A DNA stretch of 64,000 nucleotides. It comes from the human T2T-CHM13v2.0 reference genome, Homo sapiens. This document shows positions 41,621-61,021 of this stretch, one piece after another. Below the pieces are notes generated by a model, which did no database searches, was not told where the DNA came from, and saw only the letters and a program-made list of their open reading frames with translations. The stretch is taken from the NCBI RefSeq assembly GCF_009914755.1, contig NC_060931.1; one strand, written 5' to 3'. Position 1 is the stretch's first letter. Each line of letters begins with the position of its first letter. The translations under genes were made by a program, and so were the position numbers.

Positions 41621-42307
41621 GATGAATTTCCCTTTATACCGCCCTGCTCAGATATTTATATGTTCCTTCTATTTTTCTTGATGACAATAATTGTAATAGT
41701 TACAATAAAAATAGTGATTGTCTGTGGCAGAGGAGCTGAATGAAACGAGGGTGGAGACAGGAAGATCAAGAATAAATGGTTTCACAAATCGAAGGGATTG
41801 TCTCTTGAGACGCTGATTATGTACGTATTGCCAGTTGAATGGGCAGTATTTTCAAATACTTGATCTATAGGCAACAGACGTTCTTTCCAACACTAGATAG
41901 TTATAAAATTCTGAGTTTGCCTTATGTTTCCAGGGAGTTTTCAGATTAGCAACGGTGAAATAAGTTGAATTTGAGGCGTTTTTGCTGTCCAAGTGTTATT
42001 GTAATAATTAGGGCTTCTATGATTAGATCAAGAATAACTTCACCTTTTATAAAACAGTAACTGAGACCTTGAATGGCTGGGGCATGACTCTAAAAGTTCT
42101 GGGCAAGTCTGTGGTACAGCCCAATAAGATAAAAGCCTACAAAAGGAACGGCTACCTGATACAGAGCCTATGATTACGTGGTATCCCGAATTACCTTCTA
42201 GACCCTCACTAATGCTCCATTCCTTAGGGGGTTTGATCTTGCTATGGTTGCCATTTTCTACCTACCCACGAGTCTTCTCAATAATCCACTTAAGTGCATC
42301 TTTGCTC

Positions 42308-42396
42308 CATATATATATATACACACATATATATACACACACATATATATACACATATATATACATGTATATATATATACACACACATATATATAT

Positions 42397-42452
<56 letters not shown>
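42308..42452. repeat. Compound (TA)n/(CA)n microsatellite followed by poly(T)
   Basis: Visible directly in the sequence. Confidence 0.95.
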
Positions 42453-42453
<1 letters not shown>

Positions 42454-42739
42454 CTCCTAGGGCACCGTCAAATCCAATCTTTGCTCCTTTATCACTGGCT
42501 GGCTTTCTAACCTACAGTCCTCCGTGATGACATCATAGTCTCAACTTATTCCTCCAGATACATCCTCATATTTCCTTCCAGGGTTCCAAGTCATCGCTAA
42601 GAGTCATTACATTGCTACACACTGTATTTTTCTTCTTTGTCTAAAGTCTCTCCTCCCCACCCGTCCCCATTCCTACACTGAAGTGCCTAAAGGGTCCAGG
42701 AAGGCAGATTACTGAATGCAGTTGACTGGGTATATGATT

Positions 42740-45610
<2,871 letters not shown>

Positions 45611-46038
45611 TTCCTGCGGACTACACTGTGACAGAGAACAGGTCTCAGGATCCCACCCTCTCCCTGTATGAGCCACGACTTTGACTCAGGGGACCTGCCG
45701 AGTCTGCACAATTGGTCTCCTTTACATTACTGTCACTGTTACAAACAGATCCTCGGCCTAATTTTCAGCTTAGCTAGATGCAGAATTACCTTAGTAATTT
45801 ATAAAAAATCAGCTATTGTATGTATCTAGATCTATTTCTGGACTTTTTTTTCTTTAAGAAATTCAACCTCATATTTCTGGACTTTCTGTTCTGCTCTGTT
45901 GATCTATTTGTCTCTATGCTGATACCATACCATCCTGATTACTGTACCTTTAGGAAAAAAATCTTAAAAAAATACAAGTATTCCAATTTTATTCTTTTTC
46001 AAAATTGTTTTGGCAATCCTAAATCCTTAGCATTTCTA

Positions 46039-46224
<186 letters not shown>

Positions 46225-46227
46225 CTA

Positions 46228-46431
<204 letters not shown>

Positions 46432-47499
46432 TCATCTGGCAAACTGTTAAAAGAAAATTTTGCTCAAAAGCAAAATAGCAGCTGCTGTTTCTTAACACTT
46501 TGTTATGTTTTGATGAGTACTGGTGGGAAGTGGCCTCTTTAAGTGGGTACCTTTTGTGGTCCTCTCACTGGAGCCAATTGCCTGAGTCAGCTAAAACTTG
46601 GACGCGATGTGCCTCACTGCCATAGCTCACTCACCTTTGCTGCTGAAATGGTTTCCCATCACATTGCTAATAGGTACAACCTGTGAAGGGTTCTAGGTGG
46701 GGAAATGGCAACTCAGGAAGAACTCCAAACCTTTAGCTCTCCTAGGATATTAAAATGGCCGTTATGAAGAGGAAGAAGTACTGTGTCATCTATTGTCCTG
46801 GGGACCTGTCAACAGGAACAATAGATAGACATCACCAGGGGTGTATTTCTGTTCAACACAAGGAAAAGTTTCTAATTGGAGCTGTCCAGCATGAAATGGA
46901 CTAAGCAGTGCATTTTCTTTCTCCGATCCTGACTCCACTGTGACGGGCACTGCAGACTAGAGAGATTGTGTCCTAGTATGAATTTAGGTTGGATAAATGA
47001 TACTTAGGGATAAAGAGAGGAAAGGAATATCAGAATCTCCAAGAAGCTGATACATTTTGAAAAAATATATAAAATGCCACACTTCAGGTTTTCTTGTGTT
47101 TAATTTGAAACGTCCAGTAACATTAAAGAACAGCATTTGATTTGCTTAAACAAAGTAGTAACAGCTGAAGTTCCTTCCAAATCACTTTTCTGATTCTCTA
47201 AGAGGCTTGCCTATGCCTTGCAGATCTAGCTTCACCTACAAGACATATTCTGTAAGGATCCAGGTTCAGCAAGGTGTCAGAATGTCCTAAGGGTTTCTGT
47301 CCCGGCGCTCTGCCTGTCCCGCTTGTGCACAATGCTTTTGCCTATCCCTGTTTCTGCATAGATTTTAGTCTTCCCACCAGGGACGCAACTGTCAGTTTCC
47401 TCCGTCTCTCTCGGTTCTATTCCAATCTGCTCATCTCCCCTCCCGTCCCCGCTTTCCCCAAGGACCTACTGAGATTTCGATCCCACAACTTAGTGGGTC

Positions 47500-48700
47500 C
47501 CATCTCACCCAGGCCCCGCAATCCTCGCCTTCTACTTGTCAGCGTTGTACTACACTCTGAGCAGGCACCCCTGTGCTACTCACGGAAGCGGGACCATTAG
47601 GTCGGCCATTCCTCCTCACCCCACGACACGCACCCACTGGGTCGGGCCGCCTCCTTGCAGGGAGTCTCAAGGATGGGCTGGCGTCAGGGAGGGGCCCAGG
47701 GGGCGCTTTCCCAACACTGGTCGCAGTCATTGTTGGTATAACGGCTAGAGACGCCCAGTGAGTTAGCATGGAGGGCAGTGGGACCGGAAAAAGACGTGGA
47801 AAAGCTGCGAAAACGAGCCTTCGAATCATGGACGCGCGGGCCCAGCTCCTCCTCCGAGTTCCTCATCCGGGGCCGTCACTCACATCCGGGGCCCTCACTC
47901 ACATCCGGGACCCTCATCCGGGGCTCTCACCCACATCCGGGACCCTCATGCCTGGGCGGAGGAGGGGGGGCCCTCATTCGGGACCCTGCACTCCGTCGCC
48001 GGAAGTGCCACCGAGAAGCGCCGGCCTCGGGGCTGTCTACAGCGGCCCGGGAGAGGCTGTGGTGGCCCCGAGCGCGAGTGTGTAGGTGACAGGACAGCGG
48101 CCAGGCCCGCCCCTCCCCTCGGTGAGTACCCGGAAGCCGTTTTGGGGTCGCAGCGGGGTGGCAGCTTGTTTTGCCTTCACGGGAGTAGAAGGAGGCGGCG
48201 TCCGGCCGCGGCCGACGGTAGTTCGCTTCCCCGAGAGTGCGCGGAGGCCCGGGTGCGAGGAGGGCCTGTTTCTCTTCAGCCCTGGTTCATTCACCTCGCG
48301 GACCGAGGGCCCCGCCGTCAGGAGCCGGCGACCGTGCCCTGGTGCGAGCTGGTCTGTATGTCCTCACTGGTCCTTTTGGGACTTTGCCTTGGCCTAAAAG
48401 GGAAGTGGGAGGAGGGCAGCGCCGGGCAAGGCCTTCTGAGGACCGAGCTGGGAGCCGGGCAGGGGCCCAGGGCGAGGGTGGTGGGAGGGGGACGGCACCC
48501 TCATGCGTCCTTGGGCCTGAAGGACGCCGCTCAAACCTGTTCGAACCGCAGCTCTTACCTGCGTTGCTCTCAGGATTCCGGGAAAAGGCCGGTCTAGCTG
48601 GTCTGAGTTAGCGAAGGGCCTGACCCCAAAAGTGGAGTTTTATTCGCCAAGCCCGTGTAGTAAATCGGAGTGGGCTGACGGTGTTACCAAGACATTTCCT
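47500..48700 (+). promoter_or_regulatory. ZNF655: ZNF655 CpG-island promoter and non-coding exon 1 (donor GTGAGT at 48122)
   Basis: Dense CpG; ETS ccggaagtg at 47999-48007; GC boxes; consensus donor. Confidence 0.8.
47861..47990 (+). repeat. Degenerate minisatellite of CATCCGGG-containing units in ZNF655 exon 1
   Basis: 5 perfect catccggg cores plus 2 degenerate ones, with 14-19 nt spacing. Confidence 0.85.
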
Positions 48701-48959
48701 AGGGGGCCTGCTGTTTTATTTATTTAAATGAGTTTATTTACGTAAACGCGGGCCTGTCACGGTGGTTCACGCCGTAATCCCCGCACTTTGGGAGGCCGAA
48801 GTGGGAGGATCGCTTGAGGCCAGGCGTTCGAGTCCAGCCTGGGCAACATAGCGAGACTCCCATCTCTGCTAAAACAAAATTAAAATAAAATGAGCAATCA
48901 TAACTAGCATTTTTCTCTGGGCACCAACTTGAGCCTCCAAAGACGATTGTAAATTTTAA

Positions 48960-49304
<345 letters not shown>

Positions 49305-49377
49305 TAAATTGTACCGTGTTAATTTTTTTAATGCCACAAATTCCAAATTAGAGACTCTTCTATGATTTGGTTCTTAA

Positions 49378-49581
<204 letters not shown>

Positions 49582-49893
49582 TAATTTTTGTATTTTTAGT
49601 AGAGAAGAAGTTGCACCATGTTGATCAGGCTGGTCTTGAACTCCTGACCTCAAGTGATCTTCCCGCCTCAGCCTCCCAAAGTGCTGGGATTACAGGCCAC
49701 TGCGCCTGGCCCCATTTTTCTGTTACTTATTTAGGGTGGTTAATCATTATCAACTAATTTTTATTGAATATCCATAGTGTGTAAGATCCTTTGCAAAGTC
49801 CTGACGATATAAAATGATGAAATGCTTTAACTTATTACAGTAATTTCTCTTAATCTTACCTTGCAGTGATGGTCATTGTCCTCCAGAGCAGTG

Positions 49894-50029
49894 ATGGAGG
49901 AAATACCAGCCCAGGAAGCAGCAGGGTCACCAAGGGTCCAGTTTCAGTCTTTGGAGACCCAGTCTGAGTGTCTGTCCCCAGAGCCTCAGTTTGTGCAGGA
50001 CACCGACATGGAACAGGGACTCACTGGGG
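49894..50029 (+). CDS. ZNF655: ZNF655 first coding exon (MEEIPAQEAAGSPRVQ...QGLTG); exon starts at 49867
   Basis: ttgcAG acceptor at 49865-66, ATG in good context, GTAAG donor at 50030. Confidence 0.93.
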
Positions 50030-51221
50030 GTAAGGCAGAGAAAGCACTTCCGTCTGGGAGAGTGGGAGTGCGGAGGGGCTCCCGAGGGGGCTCCTGGGCC
50101 TGGTTTGAGAGAGGCCAAGAACTGGAATAAGAACATGGTCCCTAGAGGGAGGAATGAAAGAGGGGGCAGATGTGACTCAGTTCAGTCCTAGTCTGAGCCC
50201 CTTTATTAAGGATAGCTCATCTTTCTCAAATAAGCAGAGTGATGGCTGCTTACTCGCTGTGGTGGTTTTTCCTTCAGGCAACCTTCACTTCATCCCAGTT
50301 CTCACATCCAGAATAATTTCTAAGATATGCTGCTTTTGCCACATCTCACAGTCCTTTCCTGGCTCTCACTTCCTCTTAGGTTCAGGACCTTTCTTTCCCC
50401 TGTTCCCTTCACTTAGTTTTTCTTTGCTTTGTCACCTGCCATCCATTCTGTTGTAACTGCAGTGTTTTGTGACTAGACTAAATTTGGTCAAGGAAGCAAC
50501 CATTTAATTCCTTGGTTGAACACAATGCCTGTATGAATGTATATATACTGTATTTTGACTACGCAGTCACACTTTGCTGTATCGTATAGGTAGGTTGGTC
50601 TTTTTCTTCCTTTGTTTTATAAGAGCTGTGTCTTAGATTGCCTGTGGTTAACTCTAGTGCCTGAAATAACTTGTGTGTCACCCACACAGATCAAGTGCCA
50701 CAATGTGTAGAGTGCTGTGGGGGATTGTGGGACTGTGGAAAAGATTTCGAGGAAACAGATGACCCTTTCTTGTTCTTGGGGGCCTTACACACTGGTTGAG
50801 ACAGCACCCATTCACAAGAGAAACGCTGATCAAGTGTCTAGAACAGTGCCTGGAAAGGGTCAGAAGTCTGCTAAATAACCCTAGCCCAGGACAAGTCCCC
50901 ACAAGTCTTTATGCTTTGCTTTGCCCATCTGCAAAACAGGTATAGTCTTACTCTTCTGTAAGAGGACTGTCATGTGATGAAGATAAAGTGAAATACAGGC
51001 TTTCCTAAGAAAATCCTGTATCACAGGTCAAAACACGCATAAGGCATGCAAGTACTGAGACGAAGCAGAGTAGACACACCCAATACCTGAAAAATGTTCA
51101 TTGGTTTTACTAGAGTATTGAGGAGGGTCCTGCTGACACCCCTTGGGCTGGAGAGGCCTCCTCTGAAAGGGAGCCCTGGGAAAGGGCTGCTCTCACTCTT
51201 CACTCCTTTCTCCTCCCTCAG

Positions 51222-51307
51222 CTCCACCTGTTCCTCAGGTGCCTGCTCTTCCCCGTGAGGGAAGCCCAGGAGACCAGGCAGCTGCGCTCTTGACAGCCAG
51301 GTACCAG
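51222..51307 (+). CDS. ZNF655: ZNF655 alternative pre-KRAB exon (APPVPQVPALPREGSPGDQAAALLTARYQ)
   Basis: ctccctcAG acceptor, GTGAG donor; 86 nt, phase 1->0. Confidence 0.85.
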
Positions 51308-51581
51308 GTGAGCTGAGGAACCCTCTGCTTTTCCTCAGGGACTATTGCTACTGATGGAGTGTGGCCTCTCTCTCATCCCATCTGTAGACCTTGCCTGGAA
51401 TTTTTTTCAATAGCAGACTCCAGTTTGGGAATTGATCCTCTTCGGAGACCTGGACTTCACATAAACCAACTTCCCATCTCCCCAGTGCCATGAGCAAACT
51501 CTGTTTTCTCTTTGTCCATGGTTGTGTGATGGGTGCTTATTAGATGTTTAAGGGTTATGGGCTTTATTCCGTAGGTTCTAA

Positions 51582-51989
<408 letters not shown>

Positions 51990-52518
51990 TAATTAACGTT
52001 TGTTTGGGGGTGCCAAGAAGAGACATTCTCCTCCTTATCCCCAGTTCATGTTTATGGCCATTGTGGGGCATCTTTTCCCTTTTAGCAAAGGGAAACTTTC
52101 TTGTGCTTTGCTTGATTTCTCACCGTTCTTTTCTTTTCCATTTTTGTAGGAGAGACCCCAGGGTGGCCTCCCAACCTCCAACCAGACACTTTCCTCTTTG
52201 TTATCTCAGTGTCCCTGTATTAGAGAATTGAAGAATTTCCCATTTTTCTAGGAAAAAGAAATGCCGTTTATTTAAAAAGACAGGCTAAATTCCTTCTTGT
52301 TGAGTAGTCCCTCACCCCTTAAGATCCCCAGATGTATCTCCAAGCAGGCAGAACTTGAGATGTCATTTGAAGGCATGACTCACTGTGAGTACATTTCAGT
52401 GAGTCACCCAGAATGGTAATCCCACGTAACCACACCCAGGGCAGCAGAAATCTCAGATGTTTACCCCATGCTGAGGTGGGGTCAATGCTTAACTCATGTC
52501 TCTCCCTTGTCATTTTGA

Positions 52519-53009
<491 letters not shown>

Positions 53010-53196
53010 TGAATCATGCATTTTCTTTTCTTTTTTTTTTTTCCGTTGGCTTTGTCTATGCTGGTGGCATCCAGGGCATTGCTTTGTCTCCCTGATTATG
53101 CTCAGGATTCAAGGTCTTCTTATTTGTGGGGAGGCAGGCTGCCCACTGGGACGGTTTTTAGTGTGTTTTCCATTCCTGGCTCTTTAATCTTTGTAG

Positions 53197-53393
53197 GCAT
53201 ACTTCTCCGCCTTCCCACCACCCGGATTCATAGTGTGAATTCCTGCCCGGCCCTGAGTCATACCCAGGCAAGTGCTTTCTCTGGAGAAACACTTGCCGTC
53301 CTTACAGCAGGAATCTCCAAGAGATGGCCCAAGTATCGGCTTCCCATCGATATTGCTCGTCCCTGCTCGGAAACTCCTTTTCCACGATTGTGA
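53197..53393 (+). CDS. ZNF655: ZNF655 alternative terminal exon of the KRAB-only isoform (181 aa total)
   Basis: ctttgtAG acceptor, phase 1, GILLRLPTT...PFPRL*; ATTAAA at 53397-53402; exon sum is 181 aa, matching the recalled short isoform. Confidence 0.8.
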
Positions 53394-54337
53394 GATATTA
53401 AAATTGACTGATGGAATAGAAGCTCCCCAGGATGCCACCACTGTGTAAAATCGCAGCTCCTCAAATTACCTCTGTTTAATTTCAAATGTTAGGGTCCAAG
53501 GAAGCCCTCTGTTGCAACCAGATATGTTTTGAACCCAGTTCATTCAGAAACCATGGTTGGTGGTCATCATCTACTTGTATTGTGAAAAACCAGAAATTCC
53601 AAATTCAGCTCTTCAGTTATGGTCTTTTCATACTATTTTAGAATGTGAAACTTATGCTGTGTGCCCCTCCTTTTATGTGGCGAACACAACCTGCCCCGTA
53701 TGGTGCCTAACTCTCCTGTGAACCCTGGGCTTCCCTCATGTTTAACATTCTGGTTTCCTCCTTCCTTGAAGTCCCTGTGGCCCTCTTCAAGGTCCTACCT
53801 TCCTACCCTTTATTCTTTGTGGTTCTGTACAGATTGATGCAATTATATTGCCTTTCCTGATTAAGTGTTCCTTACTCTGTCCTTGATGGAGGGGAGAAGG
53901 GAGGGCAAAGAAGTTAAATTTATTTCAGGGCATCAAATTGAATATCTACTTAATAACTTTGTAAACTGTAAAGTGACATACATATAATTGTAAAGTACTG
54001 TTAATTTTATCTAATAATTACAGAGTTTCCAACAGTTAACCTGTCTACTTTTTGGAGTAAAGAAACTTTGTAGCAGTTTAATGCAGTCTAATAGCATAGT
54101 ATGCTATAGACTGAACTTTATCCCATTTCCTCTCTTATCTCTGCACTGCACACTCGACATGCAGTCGACATGCATACACACTTTTACACATACAAGAGAC
54201 ACGCACAGTGCAAGAAAGCCTTCTACTCATCTTGCTTTTGTGATCAAGTTAGCAGCATCTCCTTAGCAGTTATTTTTACAATCCTTGGGAAATCATTTTC
54301 ATATTTTTGGGTTCAGCAGACTTCATCTGAAAATTAA

Positions 54338-54462
54338 CCCATTTATGCCTAGTGTTCCATTATTGGAACACTAAGCTTGCGGGAATTATTTATGTCCCGC
54401 TGCTCAAGGTCATCGCCAAGGTCTGATTTTTAACAAAAATTGCAACCTCCAGCATAACTGGG
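54338..54462 (+). mobile_element. MER85 piggyBac (PGBD3-family) MITE
   Basis: TTAA TSDs at 54334-37 and 54463-66; cccatttatgc...gcataactggg TIRs; internal palindrome gttccattattggaac. Confidence 0.92.
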
Positions 54463-54488
54463 TTAAGTTTATACATTTATTAATTTAA

Positions 54489-54739
<251 letters not shown>

Positions 54740-55284
54740 TGATCCGCCTGTCTCGGCCTCCCAAAGTGCTGGGATTACAGGTTGTGAGCCACTGCGCCTG
54801 GCCTCCAGATTGTATTTGTCACAGACATTAGAACGTTGGTCCTTTGCTTAAGTGCTTCCACTATGCAGCAGTAAATATACAGAGTACAAATAGCTGAGTA
54901 AAGAAGTCGGTAATAAGTAATTTTCGTTACCACATAATTGAAAAAAGAACATACTCCATTGATGATGAATGAACAATTTGCCTCTGGGTCACTATCCATA
55001 GGGAAGTTACCTGTTACTTAGTGTGGTAGATTAAGACCCATAAAGGGGACCGAGTTGCTTTTCACATGGGTAAGTGTGGCAGGTGCCCTATTAGATGATG
55101 GCCTCAGAAGCATGCTTGTTAAAATTCTAATTGATATTAACTGGGTCAGTAGATTGGGAATGTTTGGCACATACTCTCTGCTTTTTTAACTTGATGTCAT
55201 GAAGGACTACAGTTATTTTGCACAGAATGTTTTCCATTGTCACAGCTATTTAGTATTTATTGAGCAGCCAATATGTTATTGGGT

Positions 55285-55355
55285 ACTATATATATGTATG
55301 TATACACACACACACACATATGTATATACACACACACAGACATAGGACATTTATA

Positions 55356-55389
<34 letters not shown>

Positions 55390-55410
55390 AAGGATATGTG
55401 TATATATCTC
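55285..55410. repeat. (TA)/(CA)n...(TG)n/(TA)n compound microsatellite with inverted symmetry
   Basis: Visible directly in the sequence. Confidence 0.9.
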
Positions 55411-56262
55411 ATTTAATCCTTACCATAACCCTGTGAGCAGATGACACTGCTCCTATTTTATATCTGAGGAAACTGAGGCTCAGAGAAGTTAAGTGATCTT
55501 TGCAGGATCAGTGAGAGGCTTGGGACCCAGATCTGCCTCTGAAGCCCCTGCACTTTTTCACTACTTTGTGCCCTTAGGACAATAAGTTCAACTACACATG
55601 GAGTTTTTAATATTTTTAGTGAGTTGTGTGTACTCTGATGACAAGAAAAATTCAAAATGCCATGACAAATTGGACAGACAGGCCAGTATATAGTTTGGGA
55701 CCAGAAAGGACATGCATTCAAAAAGTAAAACTCTCTAGGGACACATTCCAGTCCAACAGGTATCTACAAAAGAATGATATTGCTAAGGAGAGATATTATT
55801 TGTGTATTAAGGACCAGGAAGAAAAGCGTGAAGCTTTCAGATGGCTAAAAGCATAGCCGTAGTAAAAGCAGCAAACCATATGATAAGGCAAATTTTAAAT
55901 ATTATTTTTGAGGCAGGGTCCCCTCTTGTTGCCCAGGCTAGAATACAGTGGCATGATAACAGCTCACTGCAGCCTGGACTTCCCTCCAGGCTCAGGTGAT
56001 CCTCCTACCTCAGCCTTCTGGGTAGCTGGGACTATAGGCCTGTACCATCATGCTAATTTTTTTCTATTTTTAGTAAAGAAGGTGTTTCGCTATGTTACCC
56101 AGGCTGTTGAACTCCTGGGCTCAAGTGATCTGCATGCCTCAGCTCCCCAGAGTCCTGGGATTACACATGTGAGCCAACACCATGCTCAGCTTTAACTGTT
56201 ATTTTTGAAGACCAGATTAAAATAAATTTTATTAGAAAACTCTCAAGATTTAAATAAAATAA

Positions 56263-56472
<210 letters not shown>

Positions 56473-57092
56473 TGAACTCTTGGCCTCATGTGTTCCACAT
56501 CCAGCCTTAAAATCAAAAGGTTTTAATAACTTAATTTTAAACGGAAAAAATGTAAAGCAAGTGCATATTTTGAAAGCATAGAGTCGGCCAGGTGCTGTGG
56601 CTCACACATGTAATCCCAGCACTTTGGGAGGCCAAGGCAGGCGGATCACCTGAGGTTGGGAGTTCGAGACCAGCCTGACCAACATGGAGAAACCCCGTCT
56701 CTACTAAAAATACAAAATTAGCCGGGCATGGTGGCGCATGCCTGTAATCCCAGCTACTCTGGAGGCTGAGGCAGGAGAATCACTTGAACCCAGGAGGTGG
56801 AGTTGAGGTGAGCCGAGATCGTGCCATTGCACTCCAGCCTGGGTGACAGAGTGCAACTCCGTCTCAAAAAAAAAAAAAAAGCATTCACGTCAATGTCAAG
56901 AGAACCTGCTACTAATGCTTTCTTTGATAGGCAGTATGATAGGTTGGAAAGAATATAAACTGGGATCAAGCTTGGGTTCCACTTACCAGCTGTAGTATGT
57001 TGAGCAAATTATTTAATCTGACACTCATTTTCTTGGTTTATAAAACATGAAAAATAATGTCTACCTTCTGGGTACAGGATTGAATTAGATTA

Positions 57093-57789
<697 letters not shown>

Positions 57790-58142
57790 TAGCCAGGATG
57801 GTCTCGATCTCCTGACCTTGTGATCTGCCTGCCTTGGCCTCCCAAAGTGCTAGGATTACAGGCGCGAGCCACCGTGCCTGGCTGGGGTTTGGATTTTTAT
57901 TGTAAAGGATTTCCATTTCCTTGATAATAAATCATCTTTTAGATCCCTTTTAATTTTTAATTTTAATTTTTTGTAGAGATGGAGTCTCACTATGTTCCCC
58001 AAGCAGGTCTCAAATTCCTGAGCTCATGAGATCCTCCTGCCTTGACCTCTCAAAGTGCTGGGATTACACGTGTGAGCCACCATGCCTGGTCCATAGATCC
58101 TCTTGATTCGTTTGTTGGTTGATTGACTGACTGACTGACTGA

Positions 58143-58355
<213 letters not shown>

Positions 58356-59132
58356 TGATCTGTCCGTCATGGCCTCCCAAAGTGCTGGGATTACAGGTGT
58401 GAGCTTCTGTGCCCAGCCATAGATCCCTTTTAATTAACACTTCTGCGACTCCAATTATTTAGGATCCTGGTTCACCGTATGTTATTCTAATCACTTTTTC
58501 TCTGTTGTTTGTATTTACCTTTTACTTCACTGTCAATATTTTATAAATCATATTAGAAAACTCAAGATTTAAATAAAATCAAAAAGTTTTAATACATTAA
58601 TTTTAAACAGGAAAAATGTAAATAAAGCAAGTGCATATTTTGAAAGCAAAGTTTTGAGTTAAATTTAGGAAATAGGCATTTAGGCTAGTGCCAGGAAAAC
58701 TTACACGTTCTTTCTGTGTGTAATTTGGAGGAAGGGATGGATTTTGTTCACAGTCATTATTTATTTTTTTTCAGGGCTTGTTAGGAGGCAAAATCATAAT
58801 TTTTTTTTTACTAGCAGATTGTTTAAAGGCTAGGTTCTGAAATAAGACTGTGCAGGTTTGAAAACTAAGCATTACCAGTTATTGTAACCTTGGGCAAGCT
58901 ACTTAACCACTCTGAATCTTAGTATTCCCATCTGTAAAATGGCTATAATAATAGTTTCTACGTTTTAAATTTATGGTATTAAATGAGTGAAAACCTAGAG
59001 AGCTCTTGGCATGGTACTTTGCACCTACCAAGTACTTAGTAAAACTTAATAATATTTTGATGGTACTGATGATACCCTGTTCTCTCTTCTAAACTGTGAT
59101 ATTGTATCTTTACCTGCTAGGCATTTTCTCTT

Positions 59133-59358
59133 TTAAAAAAAATTATTTCAGTAGTTTTGGGGGCGTACAAGTGGTTTTTTGTTACATGGATGAATTCTAA
59201 TACATAGTGGTGAATTCTGAGATTTTAGTGCACCTGTCACTGGAATAGTGTACATTGTACCTAATATATAGTTTTTTATCCCTTGTCCCTTCTCCCACCC
59301 TTTCCCTTCTTAGTCTCTGAAGTCCATTTTATCACTCTGTATGCCTTTGCGTACTCAT
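59133..59358 (-). mobile_element. Short L1PB/L1MA-type 3' end
   Basis: L1 3'UTR-like antisense sequence; 19-bp TSD ctgct(a/g)ggcattttctctt at 59114-59132 and 59359-59377. Confidence 0.75.
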
Positions 59359-61021
59359 CTGCTGGGCATTTTCTCTTATACCTTCGTACATTACATTAAA
59401 CACACATCTAAAATCAAACCCCTCATCCCACATGAAGACCACCTTTTTTGTTGTGCATATGTGTTTTAAGTGTAGATATGGAGTAAGCAGCCAGAATTTA
59501 TTTCAGTTACCAAATATCGACAGACACTTTAAATATCTCAGAGTTAAAAGTTGCAAATTATGTTATTGGAATTCTGAGAACAATATTGATTGCTGCTTCA
59601 TGTTACACTAACTTTACTTTTTAAACTTCTGAAACGATTTCATTTGACAGGGTGGACCTTAATTAAATATATGTCCACAAGGAGAGTTGACTCTAAATGT
59701 CCCACAGGATTTCAGAAACACAGTAAATACCTTTCTTCTATCTATTCTGATCTCCTTGCTCATAGGCTCTCACATGGAATCTTTGGGGCAGCTGTCAGTT
59801 CTTCATATTTTCCAGCCCCAATGCCCTTTTTATAAAATTGGGTAGCTGTTAATACATTGATACTTGGGCGCACAGAGTTGGCACTCAATAAGTAGCCGTT
59901 AAGTAAATTAATCAAAAGAATTGCAAGATACAAGATACCTGGTCCCTTCTATCAAAGAGTTTATAAATCAAGTATGAATGACAATACCTGAAACCACTTA
60001 AAAAAAAATCTATGTAAACACCGTTATATGTGACATGTCAGGATAAGAGGGAACAACTAATAAATTTTGTACACATTCAGTAAATGGAGAGAAAGGTTTT
60101 TGGAGATGAGGGGCTTGAGCCAGACCTTGTATGTGTGCTATTAGAAGCTTTCTGGGCTGGACACATTTAAAAACTGCCCTTTGATACTAATAGTATTAAA
60201 ATTCTGTCTCCTTGGAAGCAGACTGCCTGTTGCTTTAGCTTTAAAAGAGATTTATATCCAAGCATTGCATTATGCAAGCCATAGAAAGACTGTTTTATGT
60301 GAAGATGCACTGATTGCACTTCCCTCTCTATATTTTATTGTAGTTAGTTGTTTAGAGCTGTCTCTGTGTAGAGTGTGAGGTCCTTGAGGGAAGGGACCTT
60401 CTTGGCCTCTTATCCCCTGCATACTTTGCATAGAGGAGGCACTTCATAAATGTTTGTTGAATAAATGCTACACTCCTAATGGGTAAGAATGTGTCATATT
60501 ACTCTTTGTTTTCTTATGTGTACTGAAACAAATTGTTTCTTGAGATTGGTCCTTAGAATATTTATTCAGTTTTCACTGATTCTCTTGCTACAGGTTAGCT
60601 AACCATGCAGCAGGTGCTTGAGTTTCACCTTTCTCCAGTCCAGCAGAATTACATTTTGATGACCTCCATTTTGATACTTGTAGACCAGATCTAATCCGAA
60701 GATTAATCTTTAGGTAACAGATGGAGAGTGATAATGATAACTTCTGTGAAGACAAACCCATGCACACATTCTGTTGTCTGAATAATATTTAAATGAATCC
60801 TTCTGCTCCCAAGTCATCAACTTGCCCCTTAACACACATCCCTCTAGAGCACAAATCTGAGCTCCTTGTAGATCTTTGCCCTCTTCACTCTCCAGACCTT
60901 CCTAATTAATGTCTTCTCAGAATCGACCTTCTGTCTCTCTTAATCATTAGTTAAAAGAAAAAGTGGCAGATGTAGGACCTGGGGATACATTGCCACATCC
61001 CATTTCCTTCTCTATGAGCAG

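Noticed and set aside
42170-42527. YIYTH-repeat ORFs
   Set aside because: Translation of a (TA)/(CA) microsatellite
47861-47990. Short spaced repeats that superficially resemble a CRISPR array
   Set aside because: Mammalian promoter minisatellite; units are short and mutually related, with no unique spacers or cas genes
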